Origin: Hyellaceae cyanobacterium CSU_1_1
Lineage (GTDB): Bacteria > Cyanobacteriota > Cyanobacteriia > Cyanobacteriales > Xenococcaceae
Reading direction: 5' to 3'
DNA length: 24,000 nt
Assembly (NCBI GenBank): GCA_012034765.1
Contig: JAAUOU010000049.1
Span: forward strand, 2,274 to 26,273
Of the stretch, positions 1 through 10,190 are shown in pieces; position 1 is the stretch's first letter; each line of letters begins with the position of its first letter. Below the pieces are notes generated by a model that saw only the letters and a list, made by a program, of their open reading frames with translations, was not told where the DNA came from and ran no database searches. A program made the position numbers and the translations under genes.

Positions 1-1330
1 ATAAAGCAAGGGTATGGAAACCGAGAAACAAAGACACCCAACTGAGGTGAGAAATAATTGCCTCTTTGTGGTCTAAAACTCTCGCTAAGACATTATCTCG
101 ATTCAATTCTGGGTCATAGTCTCGGACTAGGAAAATCGCCCCATGAGCAAATGCACCAACCATTAAAAAGCCAGCAATATATTGATGATGGGTATACAAG
201 GCAGCAGTGGTAGTAAAATCCTTGGCAATAAAAGCATAGGGAGGCATGGAATACATATGCTGTGCCACCAAAGAAGTAATTACCCCCAAACAAGCCAGAT
301 GCCATCCCAACTGGAAATGCAGCGAATCATTGTAAGTATCGTAAATTCCTTTGTGTCCCCGACCAGTATTAGGAGCGATAAAGAAACCATCCCAACCAGG
401 GCCAGATAAAGCCTCAGTCATCTCTTTAATATTGTGGCCGATACCGAAATTGGTACGGTACATATGTCCTGCAATAATAAAGATAACGGCGATCGCTAGA
501 TGGTGATGAGCCATATCTGTCAGCCACAAAGACTCGGTTTGGGGATGGAAGCCACCTAAAAAGGTTAAAATTGCCGTTCCAGCCCCTTCTGATGTACCAA
601 AGATGTGTCCTGCGGTATCGGGATTCTGAGCATAAACACCCCAATTACCACTAAAGAATGCTCCTAAACCAGCAGGATGAGGTGGAGTACTTAAAAAGTT
701 ATCCCAGCCTACGTGTTGTCCACGAGATTCGGGAATTGCCACATGAATTAAGTGACCAGCCCAAGCTAAGGAACTAACGCCGAATAGACCGGCTAAATGG
801 TGATTGAGTCGCGATTCGGCATTTTTAAACCAAGCCAAACTGGGGCGGAATTTAGGCTGTAAATGTAACCAGCCAGCAAATAACATTACTGATGCTAGCA
901 GCATCAAAAATATCGACCCCATATATAGCTCATTGTTAGAGCGCATCCCAATGGTATACCACCAATGATAAACACCTGAATAGCAAATGTTAACGGGATT
1001 AGAAGCGCCTGCTTGGGTAAAGGCTTCAATCGCCCCTGGCCCAAATTGTGGATCCCAGATAGCGTGAGCAATGGGCGGAATACTGATTGGATCTTTAATC
1101 CACAGTTCAAAGTTGCCTTGCCATGCGACGTGAAATAATAGTCCCGATGTCCACAGGAAGATAATGGCAAGATGACCAAAATGAGAAGCAAAAATCTTTT
1201 GATAGAGATTCTCTTCCGTCATACCGTCATGCAGTTCAAAATCATGCGCTGTGGCAATTCCGTACCAAATACGTCGGGTAGTTGGATCTTGAGCAAGGTC
1301 TTGGCTAAATTTAGGAAATTTAGTAGCCAT
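1..1330 (-). CDS. psaB2: Photosystem I P700 apoprotein A2, far-red paralog (PsaB2), 5' part; gene runs off the left edge
   Basis: Reverse strand from ATG at 1330 is open to the edge: [77 protein letters not shown]..., canonical PsaB. Absent from the ORF track because it has no stop in the window. Lies directly downstream of psaA2. Confidence 0.95.
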   Translation of the reverse strand, partial: MATKFPKFSQDLAQDPTTRRIWYGIATAHDFELHDGMTEENLYQKIFASHFGHLAIIFLWTSGLLFHVAWQGNFELWIKDPISIPPIAHAIWDPQFGPGAIEAFTQAGASNPVNICYSGVYHWWYTIGMRSNNELYMGSIFLMLLASVMLFAGWLHLQPKFRPSLAWFKNAESRLNHHLAGLFGVSSLAWAGHLIHVAIPESRGQHVGWDNFLSTPPHPAGLGAFFSGNWGVYAQNPDTAGHIFGTSEGAGTAILTFLGGFHPQTESLWLTDMAHHHLAIAVIFIIAGHMYRTNFGIGHNIKEMTEALSGPGWDGFFIAPNTGRGHKGIYDTYNDSLHFQLGWHLACLGVITSLVAQHMYSMPPYAFIAKDFTTTAALYTHHQYIAGFLMVGAFAHGAIFLVRDYDPELNRDNVLARVLDHKEAIISHLSWVSLFLGFHTLAL

Positions 1331-1361
1331 AATAGTTGCTTAATTTTTGAAGATTATTGTT

Positions 1362-1390
1362 GGTAGGGGCGAACGATTGTTCGCCCTCAC
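1362..1390. repeat. Short interspersed hairpin, copy 1 (psaA2-psaB2 spacer)
   Basis: GTAGGGGCGAAC gatt GTTCGCCC; 8-bp perfect stem gggcgaac 1367-1374 / gttcgccc 1379-1386. Confidence 0.75.
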
Positions 1391-1410
1391 AAGTTTGTGA
1401 TTTGGTTTAT

Positions 1411-3741
1411 CTAACCAATTGCTGACATCCTCGCCAGGAAGAATGCCCAAGTGGTGACAATTCCCCCTAGTAGGTAATGAGCTACTCCTACAGCGCGACC
1501 TTGAGTAATACTGAGGGCGCGGGGTTGAATGGCAGGGGTAATCTTGAGCTTGTTGTGGGCCCAAACAATTGATTCGATCAGTTCTTGCCAATAGCCACGA
1601 CCACTAAACAAGAACATGAGACTAAAGGCAAAGACAAAGTGTCCTGCTAAAAACATCAAACCGTAGCCAGAAAGCGCACTATTGTAAGAAGTAATTACTT
1701 GGGAAGCTTGCGCCCAGAGAAAGTCCCGCAGCCAACCGTTATTGGTAATCGAGCTAGTAGCAAAATTACCCGCCGTAATGTGACTGATAGTTCCGTCTGC
1801 GCCTACAGTTCCCCAAACATCGGACTGCATCTTCCAAAAGAAGTGAAAAATTACAATCGATAGAGAGTTATACATCCAAAACAGACCGAGAAAAATATGA
1901 TCCCAGGCTGATACCTGACAAGTACCCCCTCTTCCTGGCCCATCACAGGGGAAGCGGAAACCTAAATCGCCTTTATCGGGAATTAAACGAGAACTACGAG
2001 CATATAAAACGCCTTTGAGTAGTACCAACACCGTGACGTGAATGGTAAAAGCATGAATATGGTGAATCAAAAAGTCTGCCGTCCCCAAGGTAATCGGCAT
2101 CATTGCCACTTTACCCCCAACAGCCAACACTCCCCCACCAAAAGCATAACTTACAGGTTCACTTAACCCAGGTGCAGTAGTTCCCAATCCTCCCAGTGCA
2201 ATATTATTTAAACCACCAAAGACATTCCCTAACGGTTGGGCTGCTTCTAGTGCTGAATTACCAACCGCCATTGTATGGATGTGCTGAATCCACTGAGCAA
2301 AGACGGGCTGTAACTGAATTCCCGTATCCGAAAACATATCTTGGGGACGACCAAAGGCTCGCATTGTATCGTTATGACAATAAATAGCAAAGCTATGGAA
2401 GCCTAAAAATTGACATACCCAGACCAAATGAGAAGTAATAGCATCGCGGTGACGCAGCACTCGGTCTAATAAGTTGTTGACGTTTTCCGCTGGGTTATAA
2501 TCTCGCACCATAAAAATAGCAGCATGAGCAGCAGCACCGACTATCAAAAATCCGCCAATCCAAACATGATGGGTAAACAAAGATAGGGTAGTAGCATAGT
2601 CAGTCGCCAAATAGGGATAGGGTGGCATTGCATACATATGATGTGCCACGATAATGCTAAGAGAACCTAACATTGCTAGATTGATGGCAAGTTGCGCGTG
2701 CCAGGAAGTAGTTAAAATTTCATATAGACCTTTATGTCCTTGACCTGTAAATGGCCCTTTATGAGCTTCTAGTATTTCCTTCATGCTGTGACCAATACCC
2801 CAATTGGTACGGTACATATGTCCCGCAATAATTAAGACCACTGCTAGTGCCAAGTGGTGATGGGCAGTATCCGATAGCCACAAGCCACCTGTAACAGGAT
2901 TCAAACCACCTTTAAAGGTCAGAAAGTCAGAATAGACTCCCCAATTTAGAGTAAAAAATGGTCTTAATCCTTCGGCAAAACTAGGATAAAGTTCAGCCAT
3001 CTTACTAGCATCAATAAATTCATGAGGAAGAGGAATATCCGCAGGAGCAACTCCTGCGTCTAAAAGTTTATTAATGGGTAGTGCCACATGAATTTGATGT
3101 CCTGCCCAGCCTAGTGAACCTAAGCCTAGCAATCCAGCTAAATGATGATTCATCATCGACTCAGCATTTTGAAACCATTCTAATTTGGGGGCGCGGACGT
3201 GATAGTGAAACCAGCCAGCAAAGATCATTAGAGCAGCCATTACTAAACCGCCGATCGCAGTACAATAAAGCTGAAACTCATTAGTAAAACCAGCAGCACG
3301 CCAGAGTTGAAATAAACCAGAAGTGATCTGGATGCCATGAAAACCACCACCCATGTCGCCATTGAGAATGTCTTGACCAAAGATCGGCCAAACTACCTGC
3401 GCGCTGGGTTTAATATTAGTCGGACTGGCTAACCAAGCAGTATAGTTAGAAAACTTGGCACCGTGAAAGTACATTCCACTCAGCCAGACAAAAACTATCG
3501 CTAAATGTCCGAAGTGGGCGGAAAATATTTTGCGGGAAATATCTTCTAAGTCTCCAGTGTGAGTATCAAAATCGTGAGCGTCAGCGTGTAGATTCCAAAT
3601 CCAAGTGGTAGTTTTTGGGCCGCGCGCCAAAGTGCGGTCAAAATGTCCTGGTTTTGCCCACTTTTCAAAAGAAGTAGGTACAGGATTAGTATCTACGACA
3701 ACTTTCGCCTTTTGCTCCGATTCGGAAGGGCTAATTGTCAT
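1411..3741 (-). CDS. psaA2: Photosystem I P700 apoprotein A1, far-red paralog (PsaA2), 776 aa
   Basis: Full-length ORF with PsaA hallmarks ([67 protein letters not shown]). The far-red paralog call rests on cluster context. Confidence 0.96.
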   Translation of the reverse strand: MTISPSESEQKAKVVVDTNPVPTSFEKWAKPGHFDRTLARGPKTTTWIWNLHADAHDFDTHTGDLEDISRKIFSAHFGHLAIVFVWLSGMYFHGAKFSNYTAWLASPTNIKPSAQVVWPIFGQDILNGDMGGGFHGIQITSGLFQLWRAAGFTNEFQLYCTAIGGLVMAALMIFAGWFHYHVRAPKLEWFQNAESMMNHHLAGLLGLGSLGWAGHQIHVALPINKLLDAGVAPADIPLPHEFIDASKMAELYPSFAEGLRPFFTLNWGVYSDFLTFKGGLNPVTGGLWLSDTAHHHLALAVVLIIAGHMYRTNWGIGHSMKEILEAHKGPFTGQGHKGLYEILTTSWHAQLAINLAMLGSLSIIVAHHMYAMPPYPYLATDYATTLSLFTHHVWIGGFLIVGAAAHAAIFMVRDYNPAENVNNLLDRVLRHRDAITSHLVWVCQFLGFHSFAIYCHNDTMRAFGRPQDMFSDTGIQLQPVFAQWIQHIHTMAVGNSALEAAQPLGNVFGGLNNIALGGLGTTAPGLSEPVSYAFGGGVLAVGGKVAMMPITLGTADFLIHHIHAFTIHVTVLVLLKGVLYARSSRLIPDKGDLGFRFPCDGPGRGGTCQVSAWDHIFLGLFWMYNSLSIVIFHFFWKMQSDVWGTVGADGTISHITAGNFATSSITNNGWLRDFLWAQASQVITSYNSALSGYGLMFLAGHFVFAFSLMFLFSGRGYWQELIESIVWAHNKLKITPAIQPRALSITQGRAVGVAHYLLGGIVTTWAFFLARMSAIG

Positions 3742-3835
3742 TTATATTCTCCTTCACTAGTTAATGGTTATTGGTTATGTACTGTCAATTGCCAACAACT
3801 AATGATAATTAAATGTATTTTGGGTGTAGATTTGC

Positions 3836-3967
3836 CTATTGTTTTAAACCTGCGCTCTGTAGTGGCGCAGAGGTATAATCGCACTCTTCATTTAGCTTAT
3901 TTCTAGCTAAAACTGAATTGATTTTCTTGGAACGTACTAAATCTGCGTTGTGCAATTTCATCACCAT
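3836..3967 (-). other. Possible 43-aa upstream ORF in the psaA2 leader
   Basis: ATG at 3967 follows AGCAAGGAATT of the conserved leader element; MVMKLHNADLVRSKKINSVLARNKLNEECDYTSAPLQSAGLKQ*. Ends 95 nt before the psaA2 ATG. Confidence 0.3.
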
Positions 3968-4033
3968 AATTCCTTGCTAAAGGGTAAACATCGACTATTA
4001 CTGCGGTTTCCGAGGCCAAAGGTAATAGAACGA
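3965..4033 (-). promoter_or_regulatory. Conserved structured leader element, copy 1 (upstream of psaA2)
   Basis: Minus strand: TCGttCTATTACctTTGGCCTCGGAAACCGCaGTAATAGtCGA...TTTACCCTTTAGCAAGGAATTATG. CTATTAC/GTAATAG pair perfectly; CCTT/AAGG hairpin covers the putative SD. Confidence 0.7.
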
Positions 4034-4599
4034 CTTTAATAAATTCAACTACTAATCAAACGGGTTTTGTTCGATTGCTTAATTTGTATGATGTTGGAAA
4101 AAAACTAAGTTTTGTGATGCAATATCATAGATTGCTCTATTTAAACTTATATCAAAAGACAATGATTAATTACAAAATGATGCTTTTGTTTTTACAAAAC
4201 TTTAACACTTGAGTATAAAAGTTACTAGGGTTAGTTGTTCTGAGCTTTAAAACCATTTATATATGTATATGGCTTTGATAGAAAAAACAAAATAGATAAT
4301 TATTAAAAATAATCAGTAAAAAACAGCTAACAGGAGCTAAAAGTCAACAATTGTTAAATATCTGAATATTTTTTCAAGTTTTTATGTAGAAGTAGAAATA
4401 AGCTGTTATTCATTTATTTTGATCGCTCACAAGCCTTGCTGCAAAGATTCTAGACTTTGAAAATCCTAATTTAAATGCATGTCAGCTTAATATCAATTTA
4501 TTTGAATCAGACAATAATTAGATAACATTATTTATTCTTTGAGGCATAAAGTCACTTATCTTTGAATTTAAAACTAACATATATTTTGGTTTGCATTTT

Positions 4600-6461
4600 A
4601 TGAAAATCTTATTAGTTGAAGATGATGAACTTATTGCTCAAACCCTAGAAAATGTTTTGCGCGATCGCACTATATAGTCGATCGTGCTGATGAAGGTGAT
4701 TTAGGTTGGGAGTTTGTCGAGGCTTATGATTATGATTTAATTTTGCTCGATATTATTTTACCTAAACTAAACGGAATAGAGTTTTGTAAAAGATTGCGTT
4801 CGGCGGGAAATCAAACTCCAGTATTATTATTGACTGCCCAAAATTCTAGTGATAAAAAAGTAATTGGGTTAGATGCAGGAGCAGATGATTATGTCGTCAA
4901 ACCTTTTGAAATTACCGAATTATTAGCTCGTATTCGTGTTTTATTACGTCGCACAAATTCTTTGTTGTTACCAGTTTTACAATGGAGAGAACTGAGCCTT
5001 AATTCTAGTATTCACGAAGTAGTTTATCAAGAAAAAATACTAAATTTAACTCCCAAAGAATATCGTTTATTAGAGCTTTTCTTACGCAGTAGCGATCTTG
5101 TTTTGACAAAAGAAATGATCTTAGATCGTTTGTGGGACATAGAAGAAGCCCCTAGTGAAAATGCGATAGCGGTTCATATTAAAGATTTACGGCGCAAACT
5201 AAAACAAGCAGGTGCTAGTACTGATTTTATTGAAACTGTTTATGGTATTGGTTATCGTCTTAAGGCATTCAATACCGATACTGCTGCTGAAAAAAGAGAA
5301 AAAAAAGAACCGCAAACAGAACAATTATTGCGCCAACAAATCAAGCAAAAATTAAACACAGTTTGGGAAAAGTTTGAGGACGTAAATAGTGATCGCTTGA
5401 CAATTCTGGAACAAGCAAATCATGCTTGGCTAGCGGATAGTTTAGAAAGTCAGCTTTTAGAACAGGCACAATGGGCTGCTCATAAGCTAGCGGGAGGATT
5501 AGGGGTGTTTGGCTTTGCCCAAGGCTCTCGTTACGCCCTAGAGATGGAAGAATTATTAAAAATCGAATCCAAAACGGATCGAGGGAGAGAATTTTCGGAA
5601 CTATTAGCAGCTTTAAAAAATTCCTTAAAATCTGATCTTGAGCCACAATTAAACCCAGTAAATCAAAATCGACCAGTAATCTTGGCGGTAGATAATCATC
5701 CCCAACTAGTAAAGCAATTAGTCGCTGAGATGAGCGCGCTCGACATGAGCTTTCAACTGGTAAAAAAGCCCATATCTCTGAAAAAGGCTTTAGCCAGGAC
5801 TAGTCTTAATGCTATTATCTGGGATTTTTCCCTGGCTAACTTTACTGCCAAAACCATCGATGAATTTGCTCAAATCCTGGCAGAGAGCTTGCCCCTACCA
5901 ACAATCTTATTTACCGACTCTGAAGAAGAAGCAGCAAAGCTCAAGAACATAACTTCTTTACGGTTAAAAATCGCCCGTCTCAATCATCACATCTTGCTAC
6001 AGCGGGCTAGTTTGGATATGCAGGCTACCAAATCAATCGTCAAAGCTTTACAACAATTTCAGCAGAAAGTTGCCAAAATTCTGGTGGTAGATGATGATCC
6101 ACAGATCCTGGCGACGATCAAAAATTTACTAAACCCCCTCAACATCGACTTGACTGTTTTAGATAAATCCCTAGATTTGTGGCAGATAATCCCTGAATTA
6201 AAGCCAGATCTACTAATCTTGGATGTGGCGATGCCTGACCTAAATGGGATTGAGCTATGTCAACTACTGCGAAATGATTGCCGTTGGCAAGAGTTACCAA
6301 TTTTGTTTTTGACAATTCACAATGACCTTACTACTGTTCAGGAAATTTTAAGAGCAGGTGGTAATGATTGTATTAGTAAAACCCAAACTTCCTCACAATT
6401 AGTTCCTAAAATATTTAATCACCTTAATCGGGGTCAATTACTTACCAGCTTAGTTTCATGA
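4600..6461 (+). CDS. rfpB: RfpB-like far-red response regulator (REC - winged helix DNA-binding - HPt-like - degenerate REC - REC), with a -1 frameshift near 4669
   Basis: ATG at 4600: MKILLVEDDELIAQTLENVLRDRTI* (TAG at 4675-4677). A frame change at about 4669 gives YIVDRADEGDLGWEFVEAYDYDLILLDIILPKLNGIEF... to 6461. wHTH motif SENAIAVHIKDLRRKLKQAG...VYGIGYRL; terminal REC ILVVDDDPQ...LLILDVAMPDLNG. Immediately upstream of a phytochrome kinase. Confidence 0.88.
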
Positions 6462-8980
6462 ATAATGAACAATTAAATTTTAAGCAACCACAGCATCCTC
6501 AAAGGATTGCTAACGACAAAGCTGATTCTCTAGAGATGTTGCTGCATCGGATGATTAATCGCATTCGACAATCTTTGGAATTGTCGGTCATTCTCTCTGG
6601 CACTACTGCAGAGGTGCGATCTTTTTTAAGAACAGATCGAGTTAAAATTTATCAATTTAAACCAGATGGTAGTGGAGAAGTTGTAGCTGAATCAAGGTGC
6701 GATGACCAAATAAATCATCATTTGCCATCTTTATTGGGTCAACATTTTCCAGAGGAAGATATTCCTCCACAAATCCGCGAACTTTATCTTAAAGATCGCC
6801 ATCGAACTATTGTGAATGTTGCTGCCAACCAAATCGGTATCAGCACCTTAACTGATGAGCATGAGGGTGAATATATTCAATTTCGCACTGTCGATCCTTG
6901 TCATGCTGAATATTTAACGGCAATGGGAGTTCAGTCTTCTTTAGTAGTGCCGATTATTGATGAAGACAACCTTTGGGGATTGTTGGTTTCTCATCATCAT
7001 TGTCCTCGTATAGTGACCGCGAGAGAATTAGAAGTAGTTCAGTTAGTTGCGGATCAAACCTCAATTGCGATCGCTCAATCCAATTTATTAGAATCTGCCC
7101 GCGTCCAAGCCAAGCAAGAAGCCTCAATAAATCTGGTTGGTCAGTCTTTACATTCGATGACTCCCATGCAGCTACAACAGGCTTTGCAGCAAACTGTGGT
7201 GGCTTTACAAGGATCGGGAGGTAGAGTTTATATTGCCCCGCCCAATTCTGATTCAGAAGCACAATTATATGTTTCTGGAGAACAACCTATATTGTTACCC
7301 AGAAAAAAGAAAGCATCAATTCCTTTGGAAGAACATCCAAACTGGCAAACCTGGCTCAAACAAGCGATCGAGAGTGACAGTGTAATTCAACCCTGGGCGA
7401 TTGGTTATGCCAGCTCAAAAAGCATCGTTGAATTAGCTTTAAATCTGTTACCGTCGCAGCTAGAAAGAGCCTTTAAACCGACTAATATCAAAAGTATCTT
7501 AACGATTAGGTTAGAACATCGGCAAAAAATCTTAGGTTATCTCAGTATTTTTCGCCAGGGTGTAGATATTGAGACTATTTGGGCAAAACGTCCCGATCGC
7601 GATGATCCTCGTAATCAATTTCCCCGTCAATCTTTTGAGACTTGGCGCGAACTCCAGCAAAATAAAGCCCGTCAATGGGAGAAGAGAGAAATTGAACTAG
7701 CACAAATTCTAGGTAGTCACTTTGCGATCGCTATTTTTCAATATCAACTATACCAGCAGATTCGCACTCTTAACGCTTCCTTAGAACAGCGAGTGGAAGA
7801 ACGAACAACGGAGTTACAACAAACCAATCAGCAATTAGTCCAGGAAATAAGCGATCGCTTAAAAACCAGAGACTCCCTGGAAAGACTAAGTCATCAAAAT
7901 GAATTGATTTTAAATTCAGCAGGAGAAGGCATTTATGGACTCAACCTAGAAGGGATCACTACCTTTGTTAACCCCGCTGCTGCGGAAATGCTGGGATATC
8001 AGATAAATGAATTAGAAAACCAGCCGATGCACGAGATGGTCAATCACTCGACAGCAGAGGGAGTTGTCTATGCTTGGCAGGATAATCCCATTTATCAAAC
8101 CATCCAAACTGGCGAGATACACCACGTAACTAATGAGGTATTTTGGCACCAAGATAAATCTAATTTTCCCGTAGAATATGTTAGTACTCCCATTAAAGAA
8201 AAAGAGCAGATCGTAGGGGCAGTAGTAATTTTCAAAGATATTACCGAACGACAAATTATGGATCGGATGAAGGACGAATTTATTTCGGTAGTTAGTCATG
8301 AACTGAGAACCCCCCTAACTTCTATTCGTAGTGCGATCGGCGTGTTGTCTAGTAGTGGTTTAGATCCAACATCGAGCAAAAGTCAACGCTTATTAGAAAT
8401 TGCCCTCGATAATTCCAATCGTCTGGTGCGTTTAATTAATGACATTTTAGACTTAGAGCGCATTAAATCTGGCAGAGTAACTATGGTTAAAGGAAGTTAT
8501 GGTGCTACAGAAGTAATGATTGATGCCGTAGAGATCATGCAAGGGATAGCGGATAAAGCTCAGATCCAACTAGCCATACAACCATTATCAGTTCAAGTGC
8601 GAATCGATCGCGATCGCATTATTCAAACCCTCACCAATATAATTAACAATGCTATCAAATTTTCTTCCCCTCATACTTCCGTTGAGATAGCTGCCCAGCT
8701 AATCAGTAATGATATAGTCAGATTTCAGGTGAGAGATCGGGGTAGAGGCATTCCCCAAAAAAACTTAGAAACAATCTTTGATCGTTTTCAACAAGTTGAT
8801 GCTTCCGATTCGCGAGATCAAGGGGGAACGGGTTTAGGGCTGGCAATTTGTCGCAGTATCGTCCAGCAACATGGTGGTCAAATTTGGGTGGAAAGCACGT
8901 TAGATCAAGGTAGTACATTTTATTTCACTTTGCCAATTGGTTATCAAGTCGATACTAGGAAAGAACAATCTCATGACTAG
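6458..8980 (+). CDS. rfpA: RfpA-like knotless phytochrome histidine kinase (GAF-PHY-PAS-HisKA-HATPase), 840 aa
   Basis: ATGA-type overlap with rfpB. GAF with Cys in DPCHAEYLTAMGVQSSLVVP; PAS NELILNSAGEGIYGLNLEG; H-box FISVVSHELRTPLTSIRS; N/G boxes NIINNAIKFS, DRGRGIP, GGTGLGLAICR. Confidence 0.93.
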   Translation: MNNEQLNFKQPQHPQRIANDKADSLEMLLHRMINRIRQSLELSVILSGTTAEVRSFLRTDRVKIYQFKPDGSGEVVAESRCDDQINHHLPSLLGQHFPEEDIPPQIRELYLKDRHRTIVNVAANQIGISTLTDEHEGEYIQFRTVDPCHAEYLTAMGVQSSLVVPIIDEDNLWGLLVSHHHCPRIVTARELEVVQLVADQTSIAIAQSNLLESARVQAKQEASINLVGQSLHSMTPMQLQQALQQTVVALQGSGGRVYIAPPNSDSEAQLYVSGEQPILLPRKKKASIPLEEHPNWQTWLKQAIESDSVIQPWAIGYASSKSIVELALNLLPSQLERAFKPTNIKSILTIRLEHRQKILGYLSIFRQGVDIETIWAKRPDRDDPRNQFPRQSFETWRELQQNKARQWEKREIELAQILGSHFAIAIFQYQLYQQIRTLNASLEQRVEERTTELQQTNQQLVQEISDRLKTRDSLERLSHQNELILNSAGEGIYGLNLEGITTFVNPAAAEMLGYQINELENQPMHEMVNHSTAEGVVYAWQDNPIYQTIQTGEIHHVTNEVFWHQDKSNFPVEYVSTPIKEKEQIVGAVVIFKDITERQIMDRMKDEFISVVSHELRTPLTSIRSAIGVLSSSGLDPTSSKSQRLLEIALDNSNRLVRLINDILDLERIKSGRVTMVKGSYGATEVMIDAVEIMQGIADKAQIQLAIQPLSVQVRIDRDRIIQTLTNIINNAIKFSSPHTSVEIAAQLISNDIVRFQVRDRGRGIPQKNLETIFDRFQQVDASDSRDQGGTGLGLAICRSIVQQHGGQIWVESTLDQGSTFYFTLPIGYQVDTRKEQSHD

Positions 8981-9341
8981 AAAAATTTTAATTATCGATG
9001 ATGATGACGATATTAGAGAGGCTACCCAACTTTGCTTAGAAATCGTTGGTAATTGGGAAATTGTGACCGCAAATTCGGGAAAAACAGGTTTGGTTGTGGC
9101 GATCTCCCAGCAACCAGCTCTAATTTTGCTCGATGTAATGATGCCAGATATGGATGGTTTAGAAACTCTCAAACAATTACAAGTTAACGCTGTAACTAAA
9201 GACATTCCAGTTATGTTCCTCACGGCAAAAGCCCATCCAGCCGAACAGCGTCAATTTACCCAATTAAAAGTATCAGGGGTGATTACTAAACCCTACGATC
9301 CTTTTGAGCTATCAAATCGCATCGCTAAGGTTTTAGCTTAA
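8973..9341 (+). CDS. rfpC: RfpC-like single-domain CheY receiver
   Basis: ATG at 8973 overlaps the rfpA stop; MTRKILIIDDDDDIREATQLCLEIVG...LILLDVMMPDMDG...VMFLTAKA...ITKPYDPFEL; all receiver catalytic residues present. The ORF track start at 8937 is an upstream extension. Confidence 0.9.
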   Translation: MTRKILIIDDDDDIREATQLCLEIVGNWEIVTANSGKTGLVVAISQQPALILLDVMMPDMDGLETLKQLQVNAVTKDIPVMFLTAKAHPAEQRQFTQLKVSGVITKPYDPFELSNRIAKVLA

Positions 9342-9463
9342 CTCAACACAGATGATCTTATCGAAGATAGAAGCGTAAGATCGCGATCTGGTGCTTCATT
9401 GGTTATTCAGATTTGTTGTTTAGTATTCAATTAAGAAAATGTCACACTGTTGACAACTTAGAG

Positions 9464-9874
9464 ATGCTAACACCAACAGATGTCCCGTCAATGCCAATTG
9501 AAACTCGACGTATTTTACTAATTCATACTGATGATGCAATCGCCGAAATGATGCTGCTTTGTCTTGAGACTATTCCCGACTCGGAAGTAATAACGGTAGA
9601 TTCTGGTCTGGAAGGAATTGAGAATGCTTCAGCAGCAGATGTTATTCTCCTCGATATTGATGAAACAATGCCCGATTTATGTTGGAGAGAAATAGTCCAA
9701 AATTTAAAACAAAATTCCTCAACTAATTCCATTCCTCTTATTCTTTTGACAGCTACACCTCAATCTCAAGAGCTACTTGAGTTTCAGCAAAATGAAGAAC
9801 TAAAAGCGATCGCCAAATCCTTCGATCTTCTAAATCTAGTCAATCAGATTTCTCTCCTACTCAACTGGAATTAA
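9464..9874 (+). CDS. Degenerate CheY-like receiver protein, apparent diverged paralog of RfpC (longest ORF starts at TTG 9413)
   Basis: RRILLIHTDDAIAEMMLLCLETIPDSEVITVDSGLEGI...VILLDIDETMPDL...PLILLTATP...AIAKSFDLLNL aligns with RfpC. The acidic pair after beta1 is replaced by H-T, and the Lys-Pro is Lys-Ser. Confidence 0.65.
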   Translation: MLTPTDVPSMPIETRRILLIHTDDAIAEMMLLCLETIPDSEVITVDSGLEGIENASAADVILLDIDETMPDLCWREIVQNLKQNSSTNSIPLILLTATPQSQELLEFQQNEELKAIAKSFDLLNLVNQISLLLNWN

Positions 9875-9993
9875 TTAATACGAACTATTAATTTACCGAT
9901 TATTTACCTTCTTCATAAGTTTTTCAGATTGGTTAGGTAATATTTTTGCAATGGATGTAAATTAGTTGCCATCCAGTTAGAATTCTTTCAGTG

Positions 9994-10077
9994 ATAACCC
10001 CATCGTTTCTGGCCTCGGAAACCGCTAACGACGGGGTGTTTTGTCCCTACCCTTTTAGCAAGGAATTACTAATTATG
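9994..10077 (+). promoter_or_regulatory. Conserved structured leader element, copy 2 (upstream of far-red psbA)
   Basis: ACCCCaTCGT (9997-10006) pairs with ACGAcGGGGT (10028-10037) around TTTCTGGCCTCGGAAACCGCTA; followed by ACCCTTTTAGCAAGGAATTACTAATTATG. Confidence 0.72.
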
Positions 10078-10155
10078 CTATCGCATTTATCCCTTTTTAG
10101 ACAAAATATTCTATTTCCAACATTTTCTCTGTTCGCCGACTCCGAACAAATTTGA
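10075..10155 (+). other. Possible 26-aa upstream ORF in the psbA3 leader
   Basis: AAGGA then ATG at 10075: [26 protein letters not shown]; ends before the psbA3 ATG at 10191 and is out of frame with it. Confidence 0.3.
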
Positions 10156-10190
10156 CTTATCCAACTTTTCTTAAGAGACAGCAAAAAACT

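Noticed and set aside
904-1191. 95-aa minus-strand [23 protein letters not shown]...
   Set aside because: Lies in an alternate frame of psaB2, whose true frame is open from 1330 to the left edge.
3643-3906. 87-aa plus-strand ORF across the psaA2 start
   Set aside because: Antisense to the psaA2 5' end; no SD, no recognisable protein, better explained by coding shadow.
4100-4600. AT-rich region between the psaA2 leader and rfpB as a coding or structured element
   Set aside because: No ORF or clear inverted repeat beyond AT-rich composition; probably the rfp promoter region, but I cannot support a specific site.
5341-5646. 101-aa minus ORF within rfpB
   Set aside because: Antisense shadow with no start context; same for the minus ORFs at 6954-7262, 8012-8299, 8718-8918, 8900-9223, 9523-9732, 12612-12896, 13314-13523 and 20341-20601.
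9960-10040. ACCCCATCGT...ACGACGGGGT as a factor-independent terminator after the receiver gene
   Set aside because: No T-run follows the 3' arm, and the loop carries the same core found before psaA2 and chlF, so a leader element is the better reading.
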